Shown here in pieces: positions 9,417 to 19,083 of a stretch of 34,649 bases of DNA. This DNA comes from Candidatus Methylomirabilota bacterium (GTDB lineage Bacteria > Methylomirabilota > Methylomirabilia > Rokubacteriales > CSP1-6). How positions within the stretch are numbered: the stretch's first letter is position 1; every line of letters starts with the position of its first letter. The notes under the pieces are model-generated. The model worked only from the letters and a program-made list of their open reading frames with translations, was not told where the DNA came from and searched no databases. The stretch covers positions 1 to 34,649 of the forward strand of contig JBBTEL010000161.1 in NCBI GenBank assembly GCA_038042325.1, given 5' to 3'. The position numbers and the translations under genes were made by a program.

Positions 9417-10631
9417 TTAGGTGGTGTACTTCGCGTTGATGCGCACGTACTCCTCGGACAGATCGCAGGTCCAGACCTGGTCCTCCCCGCGACCGAGCCC
9501 CAGGTCGATCCGGATGGCGAACTCGGGGCGCGCCATGATCTCGCGCGCCCGGTCCAGCCGGGCGCCCTGGCGGAGCTGGCCTGCCGCCACGACGACTTCG
9601 TCGTCGAATGCGACGCTCACCCGGTCGGCCCGGACGGCGGCGGCCGATTTCCCGAGCGCCATCATGATCCGCCCCCAGTTGGGATCCTGCCCGTTGATCG
9701 CCGTCTTGACCAGGAGCGAATTGGCGACGGAGCGCGCCGCCAGCCGCGCGTCGCGGCGGCTCCGCGCGCCCTGGACCTGAACGGTCACGAGTTTGCTGGC
9801 CCCCTCGCCGTCTTTGACCAGCAGCTTCGCCAGCTTCTCCGTGAGTGCCTCGAGCCCCCGCGTGAACTGGCGAAGCCCCCGGCTGCCTTTCTCGAGCACC
9901 TGATTCTCGCCCAACCCGTTGGCGAGGATCGCCACGGTGTCGCTGGTGGACATGTCGCCGTCCACCGTGATCCGGTTGAAGCTGCCCGCCACCGCGCGGC
10001 GAAGGGCCGCGTCGAGCGCGTCGCGGGCCACCACGGCGTCGGTGGCCATGAAGCAGAACATCGTCGCCATGTGGGGCTCGATCATCCCGACGCCCTTGGC
10101 GATCCCCCCGACCGTCACCGGGCGGCCCCCCACGTCCACGCGGAGCGCCGCCTCCTTCGGCACGGTGTCGGTCGTCAGGATCCCTTCCGCCGCGCTCCGC
10201 CCCCCCTGCGGCGACAGCGCCTTGGCGAGCTTCGGCAGGCCGGCCCGGATCTTGTCCATCGGGAGCGGCCGGCCGATGACGCCGGTGGAGGCCACCAGAA
10301 CGTGGCGCGCGGGGATCTTCAGCAGCTCGCCGACGCTGGCGGTCATCTCGCGGGCGTCGCGCAGGCCCTGCTCGCCGGTGCAGACGTTGGAGCATCCGCT
10401 GGAGGCGACGATGGCCTGGATCGTCCCCTCCTTCATGTGCTCCATGGAGACCTGGACGGGCGCGCCCTTCACCTGATTCGTCGTGAAGACCGCCGCGGCC
10501 CGCGCGGCGCTGGAGGAATAGATGAGGGCCAGGTCCTTCTTCCCGCTGGCCTTGATCCCGCAGTGGATGCCGGACGCGAGAATCCCGGGGACCGCCGTGA
10601 TGCCGCCCTCGAGCCACTCGAGCGCGGCCAT
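9417..10631 (-). CDS. argJ: Bifunctional ornithine acetyltransferase / N-acetylglutamate synthase
   Basis: 404 aa from ATG 10631, which overlaps the argC TGA (TGATG). N-terminus MAALEWLEGGITAVPG, autoprocessing region GMIEPHMATMF, and C-terminal end YVRINAKYTT. Confidence 0.92.
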   Translation of the reverse strand: MAALEWLEGGITAVPGILASGIHCGIKASGKKDLALIYSSSAARAAAVFTTNQVKGAPVQVSMEHMKEGTIQAIVASSGCSNVCTGEQGLRDAREMTASVGELLKIPARHVLVASTGVIGRPLPMDKIRAGLPKLAKALSPQGGRSAAEGILTTDTVPKEAALRVDVGGRPVTVGGIAKGVGMIEPHMATMFCFMATDAVVARDALDAALRRAVAGSFNRITVDGDMSTSDTVAILANGLGENQVLEKGSRGLRQFTRGLEALTEKLAKLLVKDGEGASKLVTVQVQGARSRRDARLAARSVANSLLVKTAINGQDPNWGRIMMALGKSAAAVRADRVSVAFDDEVVVAAGQLRQGARLDRAREIMARPEFAIRIDLGLGRGEDQVWTCDLSEEYVRINAKYTT

Positions 10632-11683
10632 CAGGGGTACACCGGAGGCGCGTCGAGCCCCGCGCGCTCGTCCCACCCGAACATCAGGTTGAGGTTCTGC
10701 ACCCCGTTGGTGGCGCCCCCCTTGCCGAGGTTGTCGATGGCCGACAGGCACACCGCGCGCTGCGTTCGAGGATCGGCCACGACCGCGACGTCGCAGAAGT
10801 TCGAGGCCGCGACGGCGCGGGTGGTCGGCAGCCTCCCCTCCGGCAGCACCCGGACGAACGGCTCTCCGGCGTAGACCTCCCGGTAGCACGCGAGAAGATC
10901 CGCCGTGGTCGCAGCCTTGGCCAGGGGCACCGAGGCGGTGGTGAAGAGCCCGCGGTTCAGCGGGATCAGGTGCGGCGTGAAGGCGACCGTCAGGGACCGG
11001 CCGGCCAGCCCGGAGAGTTCCTGCTCGATCTCCGGCGTGTGGCGGTGGACGGCCACCCCGTAGGCCTGCAGGTTTTCGTTGGCCTCCGTGTACAGGTACA
11101 TGGGGTCCACCTTCCGCCCCTGGGCGCCCGCCCCGGTAACCCCCGACTTGCCGTCGATGACAATCCCTTCTCCCCGGGCGAATCCCGCCCTGAGCAGGGG
11201 CGCGATGGCCAGGACCGCCCCGACCGGATAGCAGCCGGGATTGGCCACGACGGACGCCGACGCGATCGCCTTCCGATGGAGCTCGGGCAGACCGTACACC
11301 GCCGCGGCCAGGCCGTCGGCGTCGGCGTGAGGCGTCTTGTACCACGTGGCGTAGGCCCCCGCATCCTTGAGCCGGTAGTCGGCGGACAGGTCGATGACCT
11401 TGCGGCCATGACGGCGGAGCACGGGGACCACCTTCTGGGACTCCATGTGGGGCAGCGCGAGGAACACGCACTCGACGGCCCGGGCCAGCCTCTCCGGGTC
11501 GAGCGCATCAAAGGTGAGCGACGTCAGTCCCCGGAGGTGGGGGTAGAGACTGTCGAGCGGCTCGCCGGACAGGCGCTCGGAGGTGACCGCGACGAGCTCC
11601 ACCTGGGGATGGACGAGGAGCACGCGCAGAAGCTCGGCGCCCATGTACCCGCTGGCGCCCGCCACGGCGACCTTGACCTTCAT
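10631..11683 (-). CDS. argC: N-acetyl-gamma-glutamyl-phosphate reductase
   Basis: 350 aa from ATG 11683. VAVAGASGYMGAELLR is present, and the active-site Cys lies in VANPGCYP. Confidence 0.92.
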   Translation of the reverse strand: MKVKVAVAGASGYMGAELLRVLLVHPQVELVAVTSERLSGEPLDSLYPHLRGLTSLTFDALDPERLARAVECVFLALPHMESQKVVPVLRRHGRKVIDLSADYRLKDAGAYATWYKTPHADADGLAAAVYGLPELHRKAIASASVVANPGCYPVGAVLAIAPLLRAGFARGEGIVIDGKSGVTGAGAQGRKVDPMYLYTEANENLQAYGVAVHRHTPEIEQELSGLAGRSLTVAFTPHLIPLNRGLFTTASVPLAKAATTADLLACYREVYAGEPFVRVLPEGRLPTTRAVAASNFCDVAVVADPRTQRAVCLSAIDNLGKGGATNGVQNLNLMFGWDERAGLDAPPVYP

Positions 11684-11702
11684 CCGCCGTCCAGACGCGG
11701 GG

Positions 11703-12098
11703 CTAGCGCTTCGAATACTGGAATTTCTGCCGGGCACCGGGCTGGCCGTACTTCTTCCTCTCCCGCATCCGGGGATCGCGGGTGAGGAGGCCGGCCTTCT
11801 TCAGCGGCAGCCGGAGCTTGTCGTCGAACGCCAGGAGCGCCCGCGCGATCCCGTGCCGGACGGCGCCGGCCTGACCCGATGGGCCGCCGCCTCCCACGTT
11901 CACCAGAACATCCACCTGGCCCAGCACGTTGGCGATCTGGAGCGGCTGGCAGATGATCATGCGGAGGGTTTCACGGGGAAAGTAGTTTTCAAACGCGCGG
12001 CGGTTCACCATGATGGCCCCGGCGCCCGGCCAGAGCCAGACCCGGGCCACGGACGTCTTCCGCCGGCCGGTGCCGTAGAATTTCGTCGCTTCAGCCAT
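11703..12098 (-). CDS. rpsI: 30S ribosomal protein S9
   Basis: 131 aa. [10 protein letters not shown] is present and the protein ends [10 protein letters not shown]. Confidence 0.95.
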   Translation of the reverse strand: MAEATKFYGTGRRKTSVARVWLWPGAGAIMVNRRAFENYFPRETLRMIICQPLQIANVLGQVDVLVNVGGGGPSGQAGAVRHGIARALLAFDDKLRLPLKKAGLLTRDPRMRERKKYGQPGARQKFQYSKR

Positions 12099-12528
12099 GT
12101 CGCTCCTTCAGCGGCTCGGGTTTCTGGGAGGCGTGGGGGTGCTCCGGCCCGCGGTACACCTTCAGTTTCTTGGCCATGGCCCGACCGAGCCGGCCCTTGG
12201 GAAGCATGCCCTGGACCGCCCACTCGATCACCCGCTCGGGATGAGTCTGGAGCATCTTCTGGGCGCTGACCTCCCGCAGGCCGCCGATGTACCCCGTGTG
12301 CCAGCGGTACATCTTGTCCGTCAGCTTGCGCCCGGTCAGGTGCACCTTCTCGGCGTTCACCACGACCACGTGATCCCCCACGTCCAGGTGGAAAGCGAAG
12401 CTCGGCTTGTGCTTGCCCCGGAGAATCGTGGCGACCCGGGTCGCCAGGCGTCCGAGCACCTTGCCCTCGGCGTCCACCAGGTACCACTTCCGGGCGATCG
12501 CCTCTTCTCTTGGCTGCGCTTGGGCCAT
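12091..12528 (-). CDS. rplM: 50S ribosomal protein L13
   Basis: 145 aa from ATG 12528, with GGGAAGGGGAG upstream. Contains [17 protein letters not shown]. Confidence 0.93.
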   Translation of the reverse strand: MAQAQPREEAIARKWYLVDAEGKVLGRLATRVATILRGKHKPSFAFHLDVGDHVVVVNAEKVHLTGRKLTDKMYRWHTGYIGGLREVSAQKMLQTHPERVIEWAVQGMLPKGRLGRAMAKKLKVYRGPEHPHASQKPEPLKERHG

Positions 12529-12560
12529 GCTCCCCTTCCCTGAAAAAGTCGCAACCACAT

Positions 12561-12589
12561 ACATTAAGGGAAACTGCTCGAACTGTCAA
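12561..12589 (-). promoter_or_regulatory. Sigma-70-type promoter for rplM-rpsI-argC-argJ
   Basis: The minus strand reads TTGACA-17 nt-TAATGT, about 33 nt upstream of the rplM ATG. Confidence 0.6.
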
Positions 12590-12598
12590 GCAAAAGCC

Positions 12599-13252
12599 CT
12601 ACTTCTGGGTCTTGCCGGGCCAGGGGCAGAGGGCCCGGACCGGACAGGTGGGGCAGGCCGGGGTCCGGGCCATGCACACTCGGCGGCCGTGCGTCGTGAG
12701 GAGATGGGTGACAAACGTCCACTTGGGCTTGGGGATCACCTCCGAGAGCTGGTCGTGCACCCTTTCCGGGTCGTCCGACTTGGCGAGCCCGAGCCGCTGG
12801 GACACGCGGAAGACGTGGGTGTCCACCGCGATGGCCGGCTGGCCGTAGGCGTTGCCCAGGACCACGTTGGCCGTCTTCCTGCCGACCCCGGGCAGCGCCG
12901 TCAGCTCCTCCAGCGTTCGCGGCACCGTTCCGCCGTGGTTGGTCACCAGTTCCTTCGCCATGCCGATGACCGCTCGGGTCTTGGCCCTGTAGAACCCCGT
13001 GGAGTGAATCTCCCGCTCCAGGGTGGCCGGGTCGGCCTTCGCGTAGTCGCCCGCGCTCGTGTACTTCTTGACCAGGGTCCGCGTCACCTGGTTCACCCGC
13101 TCGTCGGTGCACTGGGCCGCCAGGATCGTGGCCACCAAGAGCTCCAGCGGGGTGGAGAACTCGATCGCGATCTTGGCGTCCGGATGCGCCCGCTCCAGGG
13201 CCCGGATGATCGAGCGGGCCCGCGTCTTCTTTTTCTCGAGCGACTCAGCCAT
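12599..13252 (-). CDS. nth: Endonuclease III
   Basis: 217 aa. HhH region LPGVGRKTAN and a C-terminal Cys-x6-Cys-x2-Cys-x5-Cys cluster (CMARTPACPTCPVRALC). Confidence 0.93.
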   Translation of the reverse strand: MAESLEKKKTRARSIIRALERAHPDAKIAIEFSTPLELLVATILAAQCTDERVNQVTRTLVKKYTSAGDYAKADPATLEREIHSTGFYRAKTRAVIGMAKELVTNHGGTVPRTLEELTALPGVGRKTANVVLGNAYGQPAIAVDTHVFRVSQRLGLAKSDDPERVHDQLSEVIPKPKWTFVTHLLTTHGRRVCMARTPACPTCPVRALCPWPGKTQK

Positions 13253-13339
13253 GCTCGTTTCTCCGTTCCCTAACTTTTCTTCGCCGATCTCCGCTCGTGC
13301 TCTTGCCTTCCTGCCACCATTGCCGCGAGTCCTCCACGT

Positions 13340-15520
13340 CTAAGGAGTGGTCGAAATGACGATGCGGTGGGGCTCCGCGCGGATCTGGCCCAGCTCCACG
13401 GCCACGGGCAGCCGCGCCAGGCGCGGCGTGGGGTCGTAGTGGCGGAAGACCCAGTGGACGAGCAGCGGCGGCAGCGGGATGCCGCCGAGGCTCAGCTGCT
13501 CGGCGCGGACCGTGAGCGGGGCGCCCCCCGTCCCGTTCGAGAGCCTCAACCGGCCGACCACGTCCGGTCCCCGCTGGACCAGCGCCACGCTGACGGCGCC
13601 GTCTTCCAGCCCGACCGTCAGCCCGCCGAGCCGCCGCAATCCCGCCAGAAAGGCGCGGAGATCCTCCTCCGTGACGACGAGGCGCTCGACCCGTAGCTTC
13701 TCCATGGCGAGCAGCTCGATCTCCCCCGATGCCACCAGGCGGTACGGGTTGACCAGGACCCCCTCGAGGCTCACACGGATCTCCCGCAGGCGGAGCTGGG
13801 CCCCGTCCCGCGCGAACTCCGCCACTCGAGCGCTCTTGGCTTCCAGCCGCACCCGGCGGATCTCTCCACGGAGGAGCGCCTGGGGATCCGCCGAGAGGTC
13901 CACCGCCAACTGGTCGAGGTCCCGCGCATACGGAGCCAGGAAGGCGACGACGCCGTCCTTGAGGCGGCGGGCCAGGTCGGACGCGCTCGCTCCCACCACA
14001 GGCCTCAGCCGGCGTTGCCGCACGCTGGCCTGGCTGCCGTCGGGGAGCGGCCCCTCCCAGATCACCGGAAACGCCTGCTCGAAGGCGGGGTCGCCCCGTT
14101 CGAGGCGCTCCATGATGCGCCGGGCCTTGGCGACCGAGAAGGCCGGCCCCAGACTGCCCGTCTTCAGGACGATGAACTCCACCCCGAGCGGGTAGTCGTC
14201 CCAGGCCCGCGTCCAGCGGAGCGGCAGCCGGTCCCGCACGGCGTAGTACCGGAAGTTGGAGACCGAGAAGAAGTTAGCGTTGGGCACCACGCTGACCGTC
14301 GCCGGCCTGCCGCCGGCCTCACGAACGATCACGTCCAGGATCTGGCGGTGTGGCCACTCCGCCGGGGACGGGGGAAACGAGAAGACGAGCGGGATCCCCA
14401 GCGGCGCCCACCGCCCGAGGGGCGGGAGGCCAAAGGCCGCCGCGCCGACCTGGAGCGCCGACAGACAGACGAGCGCCACGGCCAGGCCGCGCCGCCAGAC
14501 GGGGGCGAGAGCGCGGAAGCCGGCGGCGGCGATGAGCGCCGCCACGGGCAGGAGCGGGAGCACGTAGCGATAGTTCTTGTTCTGGATCAGCAGGAACACC
14601 GCGAAGGGGACCAGCGACGCGCTCCAGAGCAGGCCGCGGCTGTCCCGCCGGCGCGCCAGCGCGAGAAGGCCCCAGGCGAAGAGGGGGGCCGCGAGGAAGC
14701 CGAAGATGGCCGAGAGGGACCGCGGGTACAGCAGCAGCGCGGCGCCGGTAAGGGTCTCCGGCGATCCCTGAAGGGCCGCCTGCTTGAAGGAACGGGCGGC
14801 GATCTGGAGCGGCAGGCCGAAGAGTCGTGGCCCGTACCACGGCAGGCTGAGGGCGCCGCCCAGCAGAAGGGCCATGCCCAGGTTCACCACGCGGGCCCGG
14901 CGATCCGGACCGCGCAGCGAGCGCCAGGCCACGAGCGCGAGCGGCGGAAACAGGTACACGGCGAAGGGCGGCTTGACCAGCATTCCGAAGGCAAAGGCGA
15001 GCCCAGCGGCCGCGGACCAGGCGCGGCGTGAGAAGTCGTCCGTGAGGACGAGCAGCAATAGCGCGAAGATCACGGCCGCGGCCAGCGGCAGGTCGAGCTG
15101 GAAGTTCGTGGTAGAGAACACGACGAAGGGCGCAGCGCCGAAGATCAGCGCCGCAAACACCCCCGTCGGGGCGTCGAAGAGCCGGCGGCCGAGGAAGAAG
15201 AGAGAGACGAGCGCCAACGCCAGGAAGGCCAGGATCACCGACTGGGCCGTGAGCGGGGTGGGCGGGAAGAGGAGCGAGAGGAGCCCCGCCGAGCACGGAA
15301 CCACCGGCGGGTAGAAGGCCGACATCTCGACGATCTCAGCCCAGCCGGCCAGGCCCCGATCCGCCAGGATCTGGCCGCAGAGGGCGGCGCGCTCGAGGTG
15401 GTTGGCGTGGTCCCACTCCGGCGGGCGCCGGTCCGTCTGAACCCACACCGCTGCCACGATCGCCAGGGCGCCGAAGATTCCCGCCAGCTGGAGGCCGGGG
15501 GCAGCCGCCAGAGGCTTCAA
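13340..15520 (-). CDS. GT-C fold (ArnT/PMT-like) polyprenyl-phosphate-sugar-dependent membrane glycosyltransferase with a large C-terminal soluble extension (DUF2993/LmeA-like)
   Basis: The N-terminal ~400 aa has many hydrophobic helices, with a first loop PPEWDHANHLE. The last ~230 aa contains repeated beta-rich segments (RRVRLEAKSARV..., LRLREIRVSLEGVLVNPYRL...) resembling DUF2993. The start is taken as TTG 15520, 4 nt after the upstream stop, and is uncertain. Confidence 0.6.
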   Translation of the reverse strand: MKPLAAAPGLQLAGIFGALAIVAAVWVQTDRRPPEWDHANHLERAALCGQILADRGLAGWAEIVEMSAFYPPVVPCSAGLLSLLFPPTPLTAQSVILAFLALALVSLFFLGRRLFDAPTGVFAALIFGAAPFVVFSTTNFQLDLPLAAAVIFALLLLVLTDDFSRRAWSAAAGLAFAFGMLVKPPFAVYLFPPLALVAWRSLRGPDRRARVVNLGMALLLGGALSLPWYGPRLFGLPLQIAARSFKQAALQGSPETLTGAALLLYPRSLSAIFGFLAAPLFAWGLLALARRRDSRGLLWSASLVPFAVFLLIQNKNYRYVLPLLPVAALIAAAGFRALAPVWRRGLAVALVCLSALQVGAAAFGLPPLGRWAPLGIPLVFSFPPSPAEWPHRQILDVIVREAGGRPATVSVVPNANFFSVSNFRYYAVRDRLPLRWTRAWDDYPLGVEFIVLKTGSLGPAFSVAKARRIMERLERGDPAFEQAFPVIWEGPLPDGSQASVRQRRLRPVVGASASDLARRLKDGVVAFLAPYARDLDQLAVDLSADPQALLRGEIRRVRLEAKSARVAEFARDGAQLRLREIRVSLEGVLVNPYRLVASGEIELLAMEKLRVERLVVTEEDLRAFLAGLRRLGGLTVGLEDGAVSVALVQRGPDVVGRLRLSNGTGGAPLTVRAEQLSLGGIPLPPLLVHWVFRHYDPTPRLARLPVAVELGQIRAEPHRIVISTTP

Positions 15521-15524
15521 CCGG

Positions 15525-16685
15525 TCACCGCGCGACCCCGACCAGGAACCTGCCGATCCGCTCCAGGCCTTCCCGGATCCGGGGCAGCGAGTTGGCATAG
15601 GAGAAGCGGAGGTAGCCCTCCGCATTCCGGCCGAAGTCGATGCCCGGGGTGACGCCGACGTGGGCGCCCTCGAGAATCTGGAAGGCGAACTCGTAGGAGT
15701 TCCGCGTGAACCGCTTGGCGTTCGCCAGCACGTAGAAGGCGCCCGTGGGCTCGCAGCCCACGCCCAGCCCGATCGCGCGGAGGCCGGCGATCATCGCCCG
15801 GCGCCGCTCGTCGAAGATCTTCCGGAAGCGGGCCGCGTCCTCCGCCGCCTCCTTGAGCGCCGCCACCCCCGCCCACTGGACGAACTCGTTGGTCGAGATG
15901 AAGAAGTTCTGGAAGGTCTTCTGGAGCGTGCGCATGAACGGCCTGGGGGCGATCAGGTAGCCCAGCCGCCATCCGGTCATGGCGAAGGCCTTGGAAAACC
16001 CGTTCAGCACGAACGCGTGATCCGTGAACTCGAGGATCGAGTGCTCTTTCCCCTCGTAGGTGAGCCCGTGATAGATCTCGTCCGACACGATCCACGGGCC
16101 CAGCTCGGCCACGCGGGCCATCCGGTCGGCGGAGAGCAGCGTCCCCGTGGGATTGGCCGGCGAGTTGACCAGGATCGCCTTCACGCGCGGCCCAAGCCGC
16201 TCGCGGATGGCCTCGGGACGGTACTGGAAGCCGTCCTCCTCCTCCACGTTCACGTAGACGGGCGATCCCTCGGCGTAGCGGACGAAGTTTGGGTAGCAGG
16301 CGTAGTGGGGATCCGACAGGATCACCTGGTCGCCGGGGTCCAGCAGCATCATGAACAGGAGCAGCATGGCGGGCGAGGTCCCCGCGGTCACCAGGATCTG
16401 GTCCGGCGAGACCTCCACGCCGTAGCGCTCCCGGTAGTGCTCGGCGATCGCCTCGCGGAGCGGGAGGATGCCGAGGCTCGCCGTGTACTTCGTCCGCCCG
16501 TCCTTGATCGCCTTCTGCGCCGCCTCCTGGATGACTGCGGGTGTCTCGAAGTCGGGCTCGCCGAACTCCAGGTGGATGACGTCGATCCCCTGGCGCTCCA
16601 GCTCCTGGGCGCGCTCGAACACCTCGACGGCGAGGAACGGCTCGATCTCCTGGACGCGCCGGGCCATCTGGGGATCGCGATCCAT
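15525..16685 (-). CDS. PLP-dependent aminotransferase, class I/II (AspC family)
   Basis: 386 aa from ATG 16685. Motifs NSPANPTG and SKAFAMTGWRLGY (PLP lysine). Confidence 0.85.
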   Translation of the reverse strand: MDRDPQMARRVQEIEPFLAVEVFERAQELERQGIDVIHLEFGEPDFETPAVIQEAAQKAIKDGRTKYTASLGILPLREAIAEHYRERYGVEVSPDQILVTAGTSPAMLLLFMMLLDPGDQVILSDPHYACYPNFVRYAEGSPVYVNVEEEDGFQYRPEAIRERLGPRVKAILVNSPANPTGTLLSADRMARVAELGPWIVSDEIYHGLTYEGKEHSILEFTDHAFVLNGFSKAFAMTGWRLGYLIAPRPFMRTLQKTFQNFFISTNEFVQWAGVAALKEAAEDAARFRKIFDERRRAMIAGLRAIGLGVGCEPTGAFYVLANAKRFTRNSYEFAFQILEGAHVGVTPGIDFGRNAEGYLRFSYANSLPRIREGLERIGRFLVGVAR

Positions 16686-16690
16686 CGGCG

Positions 16691-17431
16691 TCACCGCTCG
16701 GAGCGGCCGCGCGTGATGGCGGCGCGCGCTGCGAGGATCTGCCACAGCATCCGCGGACCGTCGGTGAGCACCCGGACCTTGCTCCCGGGCTGATCGGCCC
16801 AGGTGATGGCCACTTCGGCGATCCGGTACCCGCGGCGCTGGGCCAGGAGAAGGAGCTCGACGTCGAAGCCGTAGCCGTCCGTCCGGAGCGCGTGGAACAG
16901 ATCCTCCGCCACCGCCGCTCTGAAGCACTTGAAGCCGCACTGGGAATCCGCGATCCCGCGAAGCCCCAGCCGGGCGACAAGCCAGTTGAAGAGGCGCCCG
17001 GCCGCCACGCGGTGGATGCGCGCCCGCACCGATACCTCAGGATCCGGCAGCGCCCGCGACCCGATGACGATATCGGCGCCCGCCTTGAGCGCCGGCAGGA
17101 GGCGCGTGAGCTCCCCAATGGGCGTCGCGCCGTCCGCGTCGGCGAAGAGCCGCAAGCCCCCGCGCGCGTTCACCATCCCGACGCGCACCGCGTAGCCTTT
17201 CCCGCGGTTCTGGGGGAGCGCGATGAGCCTCAGGCGGGGCTGCTCCGCCTGGAGCTCCCTCACCCGCTCCACCGTGGCGTCGCGGCTCCCATCGTCCACC
17301 ACGAGGACCTCGTAGGGCTCCCTCCGCTCCCCGAAAAAGGCGATAACCTGGCGCAGGTAGGCCGGCAGGCGCTCGGCCTCATCGTACGCCGGGATGATCA
17401 CCGACCAGACGATCGATCCGTTCCCTTCCAT
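16691..17431 (-). CDS. GT2 family glycosyltransferase (polyprenyl-phosphate glycosyltransferase-like)
   Basis: 246 aa. Motifs VIIPAYDEAERL, VVDDGSRD and FADADG (DxD). Confidence 0.85.
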   Translation of the reverse strand: MEGNGSIVWSVIIPAYDEAERLPAYLRQVIAFFGERREPYEVLVVDDGSRDATVERVRELQAEQPRLRLIALPQNRGKGYAVRVGMVNARGGLRLFADADGATPIGELTRLLPALKAGADIVIGSRALPDPEVSVRARIHRVAAGRLFNWLVARLGLRGIADSQCGFKCFRAAVAEDLFHALRTDGYGFDVELLLLAQRRGYRIAEVAITWADQPGSKVRVLTDGPRMLWQILAARAAITRGRSER

Positions 17432-17450
17432 GGCGGGCGGGCGCGGGGGG

Positions 17451-17837
17451 TCAGAAGGTCCCGGCGATGTCGACGCCGCGGCGGCGCAGGGCGACGCCGG
17501 TCTGCTGGGCGGCGCGGGCGACCGCCTGCGCCACGGCCGGCACGACCTTCTTGTTGAAGACGCTCGGGATGACGTACTCGAGCGTCAGCTCGTCCCGCCG
17601 CACGCACTCGGCAATGGCCCGGGCCGCGGCGATCTTCATCTCGTCGTTGACGAGCCGCGCCCGGCAGTCGAGCAGGCCGCGGAAGAAGCCCGGGAAGCAC
17701 AGCACGTTGTTGATCTGGTTCGGGTAGTCCGACCGGCCGGTGGCCATGACCGCCACGTGCCTCCGGGCGGCCTCGGGCTGGATCTCCGGCACCGGGTTGG
17801 CCATGGCGAACACGATCGCGCGCTTGGCACGGCGCTG
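17451..17837 (-). pseudogene. C-terminal remnant of NAD(P)-dependent malic enzyme (about the last 128 codons only)
   Basis: AKRAIVFAMANPVPEI...ATGRSDYPNQINNVLCFPGFFRGLLD...EYVIPSVFNKKVVPAVA matches the malic-enzyme NAD-domain C-terminus. Homology starts directly after the pduO TAG (17838..17840) and in the same frame. There is no N-terminal two-thirds and no SD. Confidence 0.75.
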
Positions 17838-18398
17838 CTACCGGCGGCCCCGCCACTGGACCGCCCCCTTCCCCTCCTGAGCCTCCTGGTAGCGGGCCAG
17901 GACGAAGAGGAGGTCGGCCAGGCGATTGAGGTACTTCAGGACCTCCGCATTGTCGAGGAGCCCCGCCTCGCGCAGCTCGACGACACGCCGCTCGGCGCGC
18001 CGCAGCACGGCCCGGGCCCAGTCGAGGAGGGCGGGAATGTAGGACGAGGAGCCCGGGATGATGAAGGCGCGCGGCAGCTCGATCTTCGCCAGGCGCTCGT
18101 CGATCAACGATTCCAGCCGGGCGGTGTGCGCCGGCGTGATCTGCTCGACCGACAGCCGCGGACGGTCCTCCGGCGCCGTCGCCAGCTCCGCCCCCAGCAG
18201 GAACAGATCCTCCTGGATCGAGTGGATGACGGCCTGGAGGTCGGGGTTGTCCGCCGCAGCCCGAGCCACGCCCAGGATCGCGCAGACCTCGTCCAGCGTG
18301 CCGTAGGCCTCCGGCCGCGGGTCGGACTTCGAGATCCGCTGGCCGCCAAACAGGCTGGTCTGCCCTGCGTCGCCCTTCTTCGTGTAAATCTTCACCAT
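17838..18398 (-). CDS. ATP:cob(I)alamin adenosyltransferase, PduO type
   Basis: 186 aa. KIYTKKGDAGQTSLFGG...AYGTLDEV is typical of PduO/MMAB. Confidence 0.88.
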   Translation of the reverse strand: MVKIYTKKGDAGQTSLFGGQRISKSDPRPEAYGTLDEVCAILGVARAAADNPDLQAVIHSIQEDLFLLGAELATAPEDRPRLSVEQITPAHTARLESLIDERLAKIELPRAFIIPGSSSYIPALLDWARAVLRRAERRVVELREAGLLDNAEVLKYLNRLADLLFVLARYQEAQEGKGAVQWRGRR

Positions 18399-18412
18399 CG
18401 AAGGCAGTTTTG

Positions 18413-18442
18413 ACGATAAATCCCCGTCTCCGTCACTGTCAA
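18413..18442 (-). promoter_or_regulatory. Candidate promoter for the pduO-type gene (TTGACA-18 nt-TATCGT)
   Basis: Read on the minus strand. The -10 ends 14 nt before the ATG and no SD is present, implying a very short leader. Confidence 0.35.
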
Positions 18443-18496
18443 CCAGATTCGCCCCGTTGACCGTGTCCGGCCCGCGTGGTATCAGGGGAACGCGCC

Positions 18497-19072
18497 ATGC
18501 TCCTGGCCATCCTGCTCTTCGTCCTCCTCCTCGTTCCGACGGGCGCCGATGGGGAGCCGAAATCGTACACCGTCGTCGCCGGAAAAAGCCGGGTGACGTT
18601 CGACGCGACCTATCCCCTCGGCGATTTCTCGGGCGCCACCGAGGCGGTCACGGGACAGCTCCGGCTGGATCCCGCCAACATCCCCCTCGGCGTCGCGGGC
18701 AGCGTGAGCGCCGATCCGAGCCGCCTCAAGACCGGCAACGACGGGCGCGACAGCGACCTCAGGAAGACGCTCGAGACCGACCGGTACGGCGAGATCCGCT
18801 TCAGCGCCGACGCGGTCACGAGCTCCTTCCCCTCCCTGGCCGAGCATACGGACGTCATCCTCCGGATCAGCGGGGTGCTGCGCATTCGCGGCGTCGAGCG
18901 CCGCACGACGTGGACGGCGCGCGCGCGCCTCGAGGGGAAAATGATCTGGGTGCGCGGCGAGACCGATCTCAAGCTGACCGACTTCGGGATCACGCCCCCG
19001 AAGCGGTTCTTCCTGGCGGTGGGCGACGGGGTGCGGGCCGGCTTCGACCTCCGGCTCGCCCCCGCGGAGTGA
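18497..19072 (+). CDS. YceI-like periplasmic polyisoprenoid-binding family protein
   Basis: Signal-like MLLAILLFVLLLVP and YceI-type motifs (SRVTFDAT, LKTGNDGRDSDL, DLKLTDFGI). ATG 18497 has AGGGGA upstream. Confidence 0.8.
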   Translation: MLLAILLFVLLLVPTGADGEPKSYTVVAGKSRVTFDATYPLGDFSGATEAVTGQLRLDPANIPLGVAGSVSADPSRLKTGNDGRDSDLRKTLETDRYGEIRFSADAVTSSFPSLAEHTDVILRISGVLRIRGVERRTTWTARARLEGKMIWVRGETDLKLTDFGITPPKRFFLAVGDGVRAGFDLRLAPAE

Positions 19073-19083
19073 CGCGTGGGCAA

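Noticed and set aside
9417-11471. Long 5' extensions in the ORF track (684-aa 'ArgJ'; also cdsA to 5852, uppS to 6930, aminotransferase to 16940, GT-C to 15625, tsf to 8535, rplM to 12564)
   Set aside because: The extensions overlap the upstream gene in another frame and are compositionally junk. Internal starts with SD sequences give normal-length proteins with canonical N-termini.
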